From the human T2T-CHM13v2.0 reference genome, Homo sapiens: DNA of 64,000 bases. The stretch's first letter is position 1; every line of letters begins with the position of its first letter. This document shows positions 49,199 to 62,455 of the stretch, piece after piece. The position numbers and the translations under genes are program-made. Below the pieces are notes generated by a model, which was not told the origin of the DNA, made no database searches, and saw only the letters and a list, made by a program, of their open reading frames with translations. The DNA lies in the NCBI RefSeq assembly GCF_009914755.1, contig NC_060942.1; one strand, written 5' to 3'.

Positions 49199-50984
49199 AT
49201 CCTAGGGATTTAAATATATTAGTGAGTGCATTTTCCAAATGTATTTGTAACAAAAACTTCATGTCAAATATTTCCTTTGATTAGGGTTCAGTGGAACTCA
49301 CTTTGAGAAATAAAGATAAAGGGACAAAATTTAAGTTAAAAATTTCTGACGAATTGTTAGTATCTTAACATAGTACATGTGATAAATAAAGGAGACTGTA
49401 AAATATATAAAATATTTAATTCCATGGAAATAAAAAATAAAAAACCCAAAACCCAAACGTCATATATTTTTAAAAAGTAAAAATGAAAAATAAAATGTGA
49501 AATGCTTGGTATTATTGAGTGTGAAATAACCTAGCTTCACTTTTAGCCAAAAGTAGGACAGAGTTGCTTATTGAATTAAGAAAACTACTTGAAGAAAATA
49601 TGATTTCTTTTATCATATTGGGAGATGTAAATTGCACAAAAAAACGAGTTTTCTTATTTGATTTGAATATCATATTTTATTCCTGCTAAGTCATTCCAGT
49701 GACTGGTATCTATTATAGATAAAGTGCCAGAGTGCCCTCCTGGTCTGGAGAATTCCAAGCAAAATAGTCTGTAACACTATTCCCAGTGTGATATTCTACA
49801 AAAATACTTACGAAGAATGATACAGACAGAAATATACACAACCACAAACAGACACAGGGACACAAACATACATTTATTTGCAAACACACATTTTAAAATT
49901 TGCTAAGTATATTGTGTATTGTACAGAATGGGGACATTAAATTTTATTTAACACCTCCTTTTTGAAAAAAGATAAAGTCCTAGTTAAGGAGCTCTTTTCA
50001 GCAACATTATGAAAATAATTGGAATGGGGTGGACTCCACTGATTTTCTTAGTCACTGTTTTGGCCTCCAGAGAGAATAGTAACTGGGTACGTCCTCCTTC
50101 ACAGAGTTATGCCTGAAATAGGTTCTCCTCTAGATTTGGATATGCTATCCTTAGACAGACTGTTTCTGATTTCAGATATTACTTACATGTTCATATATTG
50201 ACACTAATCAAATATTAAATATAATGTTATTTAATGTGTTCTGATTTGATGTATATTTCATCTCTTTCTCCCTATTGGTAGTACTCTTTCAGTATCCTGA
50301 ACAAATCTTTCTCTTTACGTTTTAGACAATTTATTATTTGTTGGGCATTGATTATCGTTCCTGGCTTTCGTGGCAGAAACACCAATATTGTGGAGTGTGT
50401 GTTTGCTGGACATACCTTTGATAATGTTAGAAATTATTTCATTACAGTTCTGGGAAGAGTGTGTTTTTCCATGAACTTATGTTTCTTCTTCCATATTGCA
50501 TTGATAATAGCAGAACTTAAGTATTTGTCAAATATAAGACTTTAAAATTAGAAATTTTGATAGTTAAATATATTTTCAAAGCAGATATTTTGAGATAATA
50601 GCATTAAGGCAGTTCTAGCTTTATGTAAAATCAATTTCGAAAGTAATTGGTAAAGCCCTTTCCAAAGGAAAAACAAAGTATGCCCTCTTTAATATGATTC
50701 ATCATCTTGTAGAGCAGGCAATAGAAATGTATAGTTGTTTTTTATTTTTATTTTTTGAGTTTCACATAATTGTAATTTACACATACAAATCCCACAGGCA
50801 CGTGTCAATAACAGATGGTATTTATTAAAAATCCACATGTATTCTTGGTTGGTGAAAGTTTCATTCTGCTTGAAGGCAAGAAAATGGATTAGATGACCTT
50901 TCAAGGTCATGCCACTTACAATTTTTAAGGTTGGGATCTAAAACTGTCTCACTGTTTAAAGTGTGTTTATTTTAAATACGTATA

Positions 50985-51320
50985 CAAATCAGGTATGTTT
51001 GGTTGCAGGTGACAAAGTAATACAAAAGTACAATATGTAGGCTTACTTAGAAAAGGGCATGCTTAGTGCTGGCCTGCGAGAGAACTGGATCCAAAGGCTG
51101 GAGTGTGGTGAAGTCCCCTTTTCCTGTTTCTTTTTTGCTTCTTTCTGTGTTGTTTTAGTCTCTCTTCAGCATATAGACTTCTTCCACATGGCAGGGAATG
51201 TGGGTCCAGGAATTGATGTCTCAGTTATCAAAGATAAAATAAGTCCTTGCAGTCAGCTGTGTTTTGAAATGCTGGGAAATGATTTAATTGGCACAAGTTG
51301 GGTGCATGAGCAATGAATGT
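50985..51320 (-). mobile_element. Old MLT1-like LTR
   Basis: 'tttggttgcaggtgacaaa', 'cttccacatggcagggaatgtgg', 'attggcacaagttgggtgcatg'. Confidence 0.45.
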
Positions 51321-51599
51321 AATTAGCTGACAGTTGCGGTGTTAATCTTGGCTTCCCTGGGTCATTCACCCTTCACCTGGCCATAACCCTACTCATATCA
51401 GGATCAAGACAGACAAAAGGAGATTTCTAAAATCCTAAGACTGTGCCTTGCCAATGAATTCACTGCTGTAAATTGCCAATTTCTACTTCCCAGAATTCTG
51501 TAATTAAAACTGAATATTCACTTTTCCCCAAGAATCCATCAGGACAAATTTATTTATGCTGTGCATATCTCTGATCCCAGTGTCCCCTAGAAGTCCAAA

Positions 51600-52900
51600 C
51601 CCCTCAAGGCATACATGCTCACCTTTATCCACGATTTAATCCCACACATCTCCATAACTACCATCCCTCCTGCCACTAGCTCCCCACCCTCCAGCCCATT
51701 ATGCAGTCTTTAAATCAGATTCTGTTATCAGTAAAATTGTGTATCATCATTAACTTCTTATCTAAACATTCTTTTCTTATTTTATTTAAACCTGACCATC
51801 CCTGGAAGACATTGGATTCCTTTGCAGACTTCCAACTGTTCCTTTCCCTCCCATTCCCTACATAGCAGATTGTTAGAGATGGAGTGTCTTTTTTGCTTTT
51901 ATTACCAATCCAAGATTATTCAGCTCTCACACCCCCAAACCCTTAGCTTTTTGAACAGTAAGTTAACAAACAATACAACCCACTGTCCCTCCTTGTTGCA
52001 GTATCTGTCAACTTCCTGGTAATTCTTCCTTATTCACTGACAATTTTAACAGTTGTTTACATTTTTTTCACCATCATAGCCCTACCATTCTTTTGGTGAC
52101 TTCAGCATCGTATGAATGACCCATCCCATGCTCTGGCTTTTCACACTCTTGAGCTTCTTACCTCCAGTGATTACTTCTTCAACGCAAGCTCAGATACCCA
52201 ATCCCACTGAAGTACTCAATAGATTTCCATTACTGACGGCTGCACCTGCTTCACTCTTCTAAGCATCCCATTATAATCTCAGCATTTTCTAGTTTACTAA
52301 GTCTTGTATCTCCTGTTCCTGGAATTATGTAGCCCTTCTGGATCTTACAATCATGTGAATATCTTTTCTTTTCGGGTTTGTTTTTGCTATCGGTTAGTGT
52401 CCCTGATATCTTTGGTATCCTCTTTAGTTTAGATTCTATAATTCATAAAAAACTATCCCCTTTCATATAACTTCAACTTGAGTGTCACTCTCTCCCACAA
52501 CTGTACTCACAGGCAAAATCCCAACCTCATTAAACTCACCTTTTTGCCTACTTTGTGCTTTTTCCTTAGAAACTAAATATTGCTGAAGAACAACACTCAA
52601 TCATAGGTTTCACCTAAATTTATGGAAGTATATCTCAACTGAGCTTCAGAAGTGCCTGGAAATCCTATTCTATTTCTCTATCAATTTTCTGTTCCACTTT
52701 CTAAAATAATCTGTGCCTGTTTTTTTTTCCTTTCCTCAAAACTTCCTTGCCCATCCTCAACTAATCACTCCATTTCCTATTTTATGGGAAAAGAATTTTA
52801 AAAAAATACCTTATGTTATCTCTATTAAGTCAAACAACCAACAAGCATTGGCACTGCCATCTTCTTCATTGCAGTTGCCCGCCATCTTGTCTCCCATAAA
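51600..52900 (+). mobile_element. L2 ORF (endonuclease-region) relic
   Basis: C/T-rich; 'cattcttttggtgacttcagcatc' encodes a GDF-like endonuclease motif; L2 tail near 53860-53985. Confidence 0.6.
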
Positions 52901-52922
52901 TCACGTGTGAAAGGGTTCTGTT

Positions 52923-53234
52923 TCTACTGGATGCTGTGTTTTCACCATTCAGATCCACCGTTCAGGACTAAGACATTTATTCTCCCAGCTTGGAGTAAAA
53001 CCTAGCCTCTTTCTTGCCCAAAGCAAAACTACTCCGAAGGGCCTTCCCAGATCCAGTACTCCCCATGGAATAGGCTGAAGCCTCTGTTGTAGCTGCAACA
53101 CGATTGAGTTCCTCTCTCAGCCCAGTCCTCTTTTCCTCAGTTCCCTTCAGGTTTTGATCCCAATTATATTCCTAAATAAACTTCCTGTAGGGAAATCTCC
53201 ATCTCAGGGTTTCACAGGGAGTTTTACCTAAGAA
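52923..53234 (+). mobile_element. LTR16A-like ERVL 5' LTR
   Basis: 'ggctgaagcctctgttgtagctgca', 'aataaacttcctgtagggaaatctccatctcagggt...acctaaga'. Confidence 0.65.
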
Positions 53235-53790
53235 AGTTGGTACCTGTAGTGGGCAGAGGAGGTTAAATTTAAAATAGAACTTTGGAATTGAATCACCACC
53301 AGCTAGTTACAATGAGAACCAATGAGGACCCCATCACTGGTGCTAAGTAGAGGATGAGAGGTTCTTGGCATACTGTAGTAGTGAAATTGTTAAAACTCAT
53401 AAATGATGAACTGAGATAACATAACCATGGAAAGAAATGCATCGGTGGGGCAATGTCTCTGGTGCTTTAGAAGTTTTGGGGAGGTGGTAATTACAAGGAT
53501 TATAAAATGTGAATATCACTGGTGAGAGTAATTCGTGCATTCAATAAGGAAAATTGATGGTCCTCCAGATGGCCATTTTCAAAGTGAAAGTACCCTGTTC
53601 GCCAGAGGTGTAAGAAATACATTAGCAGAAAGGGGACTGGCATCACTTGCTACTAAGAGTAGCTGTATTCCATTGGCAGGGATGCTAGTAGGGAAGGGTC
53701 TTAGAGAACTGGACAAATAGCAAAGAGAATTATAAAACCTCAGAATAACACAGGCCAGGTGCTGGCACATAACCATCAGATGCAAGGTGT
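53235..53790 (+). mobile_element. ERVL internal 5' segment (ERV3-16A3-like)
   Basis: Begins 'agttggtacc...agtggg' right after the LTR; 'aatgaggaccccatcactggtg', 'aagaaatacattagcagaaagggg'. Confidence 0.55.
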
Positions 53791-55271
53791 GTCCCTCAGA
53801 AACAGATTTTGAGATGTAAAATTTAGGAAGGAAGGTTTGTTTCCTTGTTAATTATCTTCTATTACTAAATTATAATCTGCTTGAGAACAAGGAATTGCCT
53901 GTCTCTTTCACTGACATATCTTCAGTACAGAAAAAAGTGCTGGGTACCTAAACGTTTTCCAGCAAACATTTGTCAAATGAATTAGGATATTATTGAAAGG
54001 TAAGAATGGTTGAACATAAACAGTTACTTTGCTAGAGTCCTTGTGAGATTGTTAGCCACTAAAATTTGTAACTTCTATGATATGTTTTAAAATATTTGTC
54101 TAAAAAATGACTAGGGGACTTGGTAAAATTGGTAGCAGATTTATAAATTATAAATCATAACCCTTAATAAAGGCATCTGTTTTAATGTTAAAGTGTGAAG
54201 ACATTTGCTTAAATTAAGATTTATGCAGGCTCTGTATTGAAAGGCATGTTTCCTGAACATTCCGCCAGAAGGAGAAAAATCTATTCCTGTTCCAGTCAAG
54301 CACAGCCATGTAGAGTCACATTGTGCGATGGGATAATGGGTGGTGATGATCTTTTCTGTTACAGTTAAGAAAGAAAATGAAGCCTTGAGAATTAGGGAAG
54401 AAAGTGTTGAGATATTAGATAATTTTCCTGGTGAAAATGTTTGTTAGAAAATTTAAACCAGTATTTCCCAAATTATGTTCCTGAGAATATGAATTTTGTG
54501 AGTAGCTAATGTGTGTTTTATGTTCAAAAGGTTTATTTTTGTATACAAGTTTAAGAAATGCTGTCATAGGTTTTGTGGTATTGGGTACAAGGTTGAAGAA
54601 CACATATTAACTATTTGAACTTCGATAAAAATTTCAGTTGTTTGTATTTCCAATGAGTGGTGAAATTTCCTGTGGCTTGTCATGTTGTAAAAGAATTAGG
54701 GGAAAGAGAAGATTCTGGGAAGATGGTGGAGTAGGAAGCTCCAGGAATATGTGTGCCCACCTAGACAGCAATTATACTGGCAGAATCTGTCTGATATAAC
54801 TATTTTAGAAATCTGGAGTCTATTGAAAGCTTGTAACTTCCAGGGGAAGGCTAGAATGGTAAATTGTGGTTAATTTTGATTAATTTCAGCTCTTAGCACA
54901 GTAGCACCTAACCCCTACACCCCTCCAAAAGCCACGTGGCAGGCAGCTGTGCACATATTCTGTGTTGTTAGAGCAACCTGTACAGAGCTTGTGGGAGGCA
55001 GGGTGGGTAGAAATGGACTCTGTTCTCCAAATAGTGAGGATCTCTGCTCTGATTGCTGGTTATTGTTTCTTATCACAGAGGTTCAGACATAGAGGTAGAT
55101 AGCCATTATTGTTGGACCTCCCTTCATTGTAGTAAGCCTAGTCCCCAACCTATGGTTTAAATGACTCTCAGGGGATTTAAAAGGCCAGCACCATTCCACA
55201 CCCCTTCATTGTTCTCTTTTTCATTTTTTAGGAGCCAGACATTAAAGACTAGGACATTCAAAACTACTGCA

Positions 55272-55547
<276 letters not shown>

Positions 55548-57559
55548 TTAGAAAGTGACCACACATGTTTAGGGAAAGGCACACGTTCAGAAAAGAACTG
55601 GAAAGGCCTTAAATTTATACCTCAGACTGACTGTTGGCACAGAGACGGCCTACAGAACAAAACAAAACAATAACACATAATATCCAACCCTGGGGAAGAG
55701 AGGGAATCTGATTTCCAAGGTTACCACCTTATTAGATTCAAATGTCCAGTTTTCAGCAAAAAAAATCACAGGGAATACAAAGAAACAAAGAAACAGGAAA
55801 GGATGTTCCATTCAAAGGAGAAAAATAGATCAACACAAATTGTCCCTGAAAGTGACCTGATGGTAGATCTACTAGACAGACTTTAACACAACTACCTTAA
55901 AGATACAAAAAACTAAAAGAAAATGTCAAGAAAGTAAATGATATGGTGTATAAACAGAATGGAAGTATCAATAAAGAGATTGAAAACATAAAAAGCAACC
56001 AAAGATAAATTCTGGAGCTGAAAGTACAATAACTGGAATGAAAATTCACTAGAAGGATTCAAAGGCAGATTTGAGCAGGCAAAAGACTCAGTGAACTTGA
56101 AAACAGTTCATTGGAAATTACTGAGTCTGAGGATATGAAGGAAAAAGAGACTGAAGAAAAGTGAACATAGCCTAGAGGTTTTTTGAAATACCATCAAGAA
56201 GGCCAACTGTATATTCTGAGAGTCCCAGGAGAAGAAGAAAGAGAAATGGGCAGATGATATTTGAAGAAATAATTGCTAAATATATTGCCAAATTTGATGA
56301 AAGATGTGAATGTGAGCATCCGGTCAATTTAACAAACTCTATGTATCATGAACTTTAAGAAGTCTGCATTGAAACATATTGTAATCAAACATTCAAATGA
56401 CAAAAAAAAAAAATAGAGAAACTTGAAAACAGTAAGAGAGAAGTGACTTGTCACAGACCAGCATTCCTCAATAATATTATCGGTGGGTTTCTCATCATAT
56501 ACTTTGGAGGATAGAAGGCAATGGGCCACTTTATTCAAAATGTTAAAAGAAAAAAAATTTGTCAAGCAGCAATCCTATACCCAGCAAAACGGTTCTTCAA
56601 ATGTGAAGGAGAAATTAGGACATCTCCAGATAAACAAAAGCCAGGGCAGTTTGTTATCACTAGATCCGTCCTGCAAGAAATGCTCAAGCAAGTCCTGCAT
56701 GGTGACATCAGAGGACAGTAAACAATAACTTAAAGCTATATGAATAAATGAAGATCTAAATAAAGATAAATACATAAGCAATTACAAGACTTAATATTAT
56801 TGTAACAATGATTTGTAACTTTATTTTTTTCTACATGATTTAAAAGCTAATACTTAAAAATCATGAGTTTGAAAGGTAATATTATTGTAACTTTGGTTTT
56901 AAGTCCACATTTTTCTACATAATTTAAGGGACTAATGTATTTAAATTAATGATTTGTTTATGATTTGTGGCACACAACATATGAAGATGTAATTTTGTGA
57001 CATCAACAACCAAAAAGCATGGGAACACAGCTGGTAAAGGGGCATAGTTTTTGTGTTATTGAAGTTAAGCTGGAATAAATTCATATTACAGTGTTATAAC
57101 TTTAGGATATTGGATTTAATCCTCATGGTAACCAGAAAGAAAATAATGACAGAATACATACAAAAGGCAATGAAAAAACAATGTAAACATTTCTCTACAA
57201 AAAAATCAACTAAACACAAACAAAGAGTAAAGCAGGAAATTAGAAACAAAAAGCTGTAAGGCATGTAGGAATCAAATAGCATAACACCAGAAGTATGTCA
57301 CTTCTTATCTGTAAGTACTTTAAATGGAAATGGATTAAACTTCAATGAAAAGACAGTAGTTGTCAGGATGAAGAAACATGATCCAACTATATGCTTTTGA
57401 AAAGAGACTAACATTAGATACAGACACAGATAGAAAGTGAAAGGATGGAAAAAAGTTTCATGCAAATAGTAACCAAAGGAGAGCAGGGGTAGCTATACAT
57501 CAGAATTAAAGGGAGAAATAACAGTTCTACAATAACAATTGGAGACTTCAATACCCCAC

Positions 57560-57914
57560 TGATATGGTTTGGCTCTGTGTCCCTGCCCAAATCTCACCTT
57601 GAATTATAATCCCCACGTGTCAAGGGCAGGACCAGGTTGATATAATTGAATCACGGGGGCAGTTTTCCCCAAGCTTCTCTTGTGACAGTGAGTGAATTCT
57701 CATGAGATCTGATGGTTTTATAAGGGGCTTCCCCCTTCACTTGGCACTCATTTTCTCTCCTGCTGCCTGCCTGTGAAGAGGTGCTTTCCACCATGATTGT
57801 AAGTTTCCTGGGGCCTCCCCAGCCATGCAGAACTGAGTCAATTAATCCTCTTCTCTTTATAAGTTACCCAGTCTCGGGTATTTCTTCATAGCAGCATGAG
57901 AATGGACTAATACA
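57560..57914 (+). mobile_element. THE1 (B/C-like) solo LTR
   Basis: 'tgatatggtttggctctgtgtccc' to 'gactaataca'; TSD CCCAC/TCCAC. Confidence 0.93.
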
Positions 57915-58678
57915 TCCACTCTCAATAATAGAAACAACAACCAGACAGAAGATAAGTAAGGAATAAAGGACTTAAACAACATGATAAACCAATTAGATTT
58001 AACAGACATGTACAGAACATTCTCCCAAATGAGAGAAGCATACACAATATTCTCAAGTACATATGGAATATTTTCTAGGATAAACTACATATTAGGCCAC
58101 AGATTAAGTCTCAATAAATAAAAAATAGAGATATTATACAAAGTATCTTCTCCATCCATAACAGGATGAGATTAGAGATAACAGAAATAAAATTATAAAA
58201 TACACAAAATTGTAGAAATTAAACAAGATAGTCAAACCACCAATGGGTGAGAGAAGAAATAACAAGAGAAATCAAAACACTTAGAGATGAATAAATATGG
58301 AAACACAACATACTAACGTTTATGGGACACAGTAAAAACAGTGCTAAGGGAAAAATTCATAGTGTAAATAATTACATTGAAAGACCTAACTTTAAATCTT
58401 TAGGAACTAGAAAAAGAACAAACTAAACCCAAAGCTAGAAGAAGAAAGGAAATAATAACAATAACAATAATGAAGCAGAGATAAATGAAATAGATAATAG
58501 AAAAATATGGAAAAAATACATGAAACTAAAATTTCTTCAAAAAATCTCACAAAGTTGACAAGCCTTTAGCTTGATGGACTAAGAGAAAAGAGAGAAGTCT
58601 CAAATTAATAAAATCAGAAATAAAAATTTGAACATTAACTGCTGATTTTACCAAAGTAAAAGAATTATAAGAGAGTAC

Positions 58679-59067
58679 TGATATGGTTTGGATCTGTGTC
58701 CCCATCCAAATCTCATGTCAAATTATAATCCCCAAGGCTGGAGGTGGGGCCTCGTGGGAGATGATTTGGTCATTTGGGCAGATATCCTTGGTGCTGTCCT
58801 CACAATAGCCAGTGAGTCCTCCTGAGATCTGGTTGTATAAAAGTATGCAACTTCCCCTGCCTCTTGTTCTTTCTCTCACCATGTGAGACAGCTCACTCCC
58901 CCTGTGCCTTCCACCCTGATTGTAACTTCTCAGAGGCCTAGCCAGAAGCAGATGTTACCATGCTTCTTATACAGCCTGTAGAACTGTGAGACAATTAAAC
59001 TTCTTTTATCTATAAATTTCCCAGTCTCAGTTATTTCTTTATAGCAATGTGAAAACTGACTAATACA
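58679..59067 (+). mobile_element. MSTA/THE1D-type solo LTR
   Basis: 'tgatatggtttggatctgtgtcccc' to 'gactaataca'; perfect 5-bp TSD AGTAC. Confidence 0.93.
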
Positions 59068-59594
59068 AGTACTATGAACAACTATATATCAACAAATTGA
59101 ATGAAATGGACAAATTCCTACAAATAAAAAACCTACCAAGACTAAATCACAAGAAAGAACACAATAGCAAATCTGAAGATACCTAAAACTAGTAAGGAGA
59201 TTGAGTCAAATAAAAAATCTCCCAAGGAAGAAAACCATGCAACTGATACCTTCACTGGCTAATTCTACCAAACATTTTAAAAAGAAGTAGTATCAATCCT
59301 TTAACTTTTCCAAAAAGACGGAAAAAGCGGGAACCCTTCCAAACTCATTCCGTAAGACCAGCATTACTCTGATGCCAAAGCCAGACAAAGACACTACAAA
59401 AAACAAAACAAAACAAAAAAAACTCCACCATAACTACAGATCAAAATCTTTATGAGCGGTGATATAAATATCCTCAAGAAAATACTAGCAAACTGAAATC
59501 AGTAGCCTATTAAAAGCATTATACACCATGACCAAACTGAATTTGTTCTGGGAATGTAAGGATGGTTCAACATATAAAAATCAGTCAACACAAT

Positions 59595-60125
59595 TGTAGG
59601 GTCTCCTGCTTTCTTTCTTTTTCCTTACCAAGAAACTCAAAGTGCCTTGACTTTGTGGCTCAGCCAGGTGCATGTTTTCCCCTGCAAGCTTGAACCCAAG
59701 CTGGTACCTTGAACTTTTGTAGGTGTTGATGAGGCTGTTTAGGTTGTTGCTCAAAAGCTCTGAATGATCAACTGTGTTGCCGCATGTGGAACCGACTTCT
59801 CGCCATGAGTCAAATTCCTTAAACCTTCATACAAACTCCTTAAACAGTTTAAGGAGTTTAAGGAATTTAAGTTAGGTATGTCTGCTTTGTTGCAGACATA
59901 CCTAGGTAGAATATCGTTTTTGCTGTCTGATGTCAGGACTGCTGCCTCACTTTGTATGTAAGTTCCCCTAATAATGCTTTGAACTGATCATCCTGGTGTT
60001 TAGTGCTTTTTTCTTTAGAATATCAACTGGTCCCATCTCAGAACAGTTTGAAGTGGTCCCTTTTCGGAACTTTCCTGCTGGCATTTTTGGAGTGACTTCA
60101 GCTGTATGTTCAGATGGACAAAACA
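59595..60125 (+). mobile_element. Solo LTR (LTR47/MER72-like) inside L1 ORF2
   Basis: TG...CA ends interrupt colinear L1 text; 'gcttgaacccaagctgg', 'gacatacctaggtagaa', 'gtaagttcccctaataa'; family assignment uncertain. Confidence 0.75.
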
Positions 60126-60748
60126 GTAATATGCACATTAACAGAATGAAGGGGAACCCCCCCCCAACCACATGATCAGCTCAAGTGATACAGAGAAAAC
60201 ATTTGATAAAATTCAACATCCTTTTATGATAAAAAGACTTAATAAACTAGGAGTAGATAGAAACTATCTCAACATAATAAAATCCATATATGAAAAACTC
60301 ACAGTAACCACTAAACTCTGTGATGAAAGATTGAAGTCTTTTTCTCTAAGATTAGGAACAAGGAAAAGATGCCCACTTTCATCACTTCTATTCATAGTAC
60401 TTGGATTTCTAGCTAGAGCAATTAGGCAGAAAAAGAAATAGAAGCCATCAGAACTGGAAAATAAAAATACAATTATCTCCATCCACAGATATCTGATCTC
60501 TGTACATTTAAATGTAGAAAATTCTAAAGATTCCACAAAAAGCTTCTTAAAACTAATAATTGAATTCATCAAAGTAGCTAGATACAAAGTCAACACAGAA
60601 AAATTAGTTGCATTTTATGTACATGAACAAGGAACAATCTGAAAAGGAAATTACAAAATGAAAACAATTCCATTTGCAATAACATAAAAAAAATGAAATA
60701 TCTAGGAATTAAGCAGGCAAAAACTTGTACAATGAAAACTACAAAACA

Positions 60749-61095
<347 letters not shown>

Positions 61096-61357
61096 TTAAT
61101 GTAAATATAAATGGATGAAAAGGAAATACTTCCCATATTTATCAATTATAAGACTTAATATTGTTAAAATGTCAATACTACCCGAAGCAATGTAAAGGAT
61201 TCAATGCAATCCTTATTAAATCCCAATGGTTTTTTTAAAATTCAGAAATAGAAAATCTCATCCTAAAATTCATATGGAATTTCAACAAATACTGAATAGC
61301 TGAAACAATCTTGAAAAAGAACAAGCATGGAGGACTCAACTGCCTGATTTCAAAACT

Positions 61358-61471
61358 TATTACATAGCTATAGTAATAAAAACAATGTGGTACTGACATA
61401 AAGACAAGTATATATATTACATAGCTATAGTAATAAAAACAATGTGGTACTGGCATAAAGACAAGTATATA
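61358..61471 (+). repeat. 57-bp tandem duplication within L1 ORF2
   Basis: 61358-61414 and 61415-61471, one mismatch. Confidence 0.95.
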
Positions 61472-62455
61472 GGCCAATGGAATAGAATAAAGAGCCCAAG
61501 AATAAACCCTGACATATGTGGTCAAATGAGTTTTGAAAATGTTGCCAAGATTCTTCAATGGAGGAAAGAGCAATCTTTTCAACAAATAGTGATGGGAAAA
61601 CTGGATAGCCAAAGAATGAAGTTGGACTCATGCCTAACATCATACAAAAATTAACTCAAAATGAATCAAAGATCAAAACTATAACATTCTTAGAAATAAA
61701 CATAGGGCAACATCTTTGTGACATTCTATTTGGCAGAGACTTTTTTAGAAATAATGCCCAAAAGACAGGCAACAAAAGAAAACATAGACAAATTAAACTT
61801 CATGAAAAAATTTAAAAATTTTGCATTAAAAGGCAAGATCAACAGAGTGAAAAAGAAATCCACATAATGTGAGAAAATATTTGCAAATTTTATATTTGAC
61901 AAAGGATATCCAGAATATATATATATATATCATTCCTAAAACTCAAAAACAATCAAAAAACAACTAGACTAGATTCAAAAAATAAGTAAAAGACTTGAAT
62001 AGTTTTTCAAAGAAGATATACAAATTTAGTCAATAAGTACATGAAAAGGTACTTGACAATACTAATCATTAGAACACAAATTGAAACTAAATGAAATACC
62101 ACCCCACCCCTTTGGGTGGCTACCATTAAAATAATAATAGTAAATGTTGGTAAGGATGTGGAGTTATTGGAATTCTTGTATATCATTGGTGGGAATGTAA
62201 AATGGTACAGCCATTATGGAAATAGTATGGCAATTTCTCAAAGTTAAAAATAGAATTACCACATGATTCAGCAACCCCACTCTGGATGTATAATTCAAAA
62301 TAATTGAAAGCAACATCTCAAAGAGGCATTTGTACATCCAAGTTCATAAAGCATTATTCATAATGGGTAAAGCCTGGAAAGTACCAAATTATCTATTGAA
62401 GCAAAATGTGGCATATACATGCAATGAAATTTTATTCAGTCTTAGAAAGGAATGG

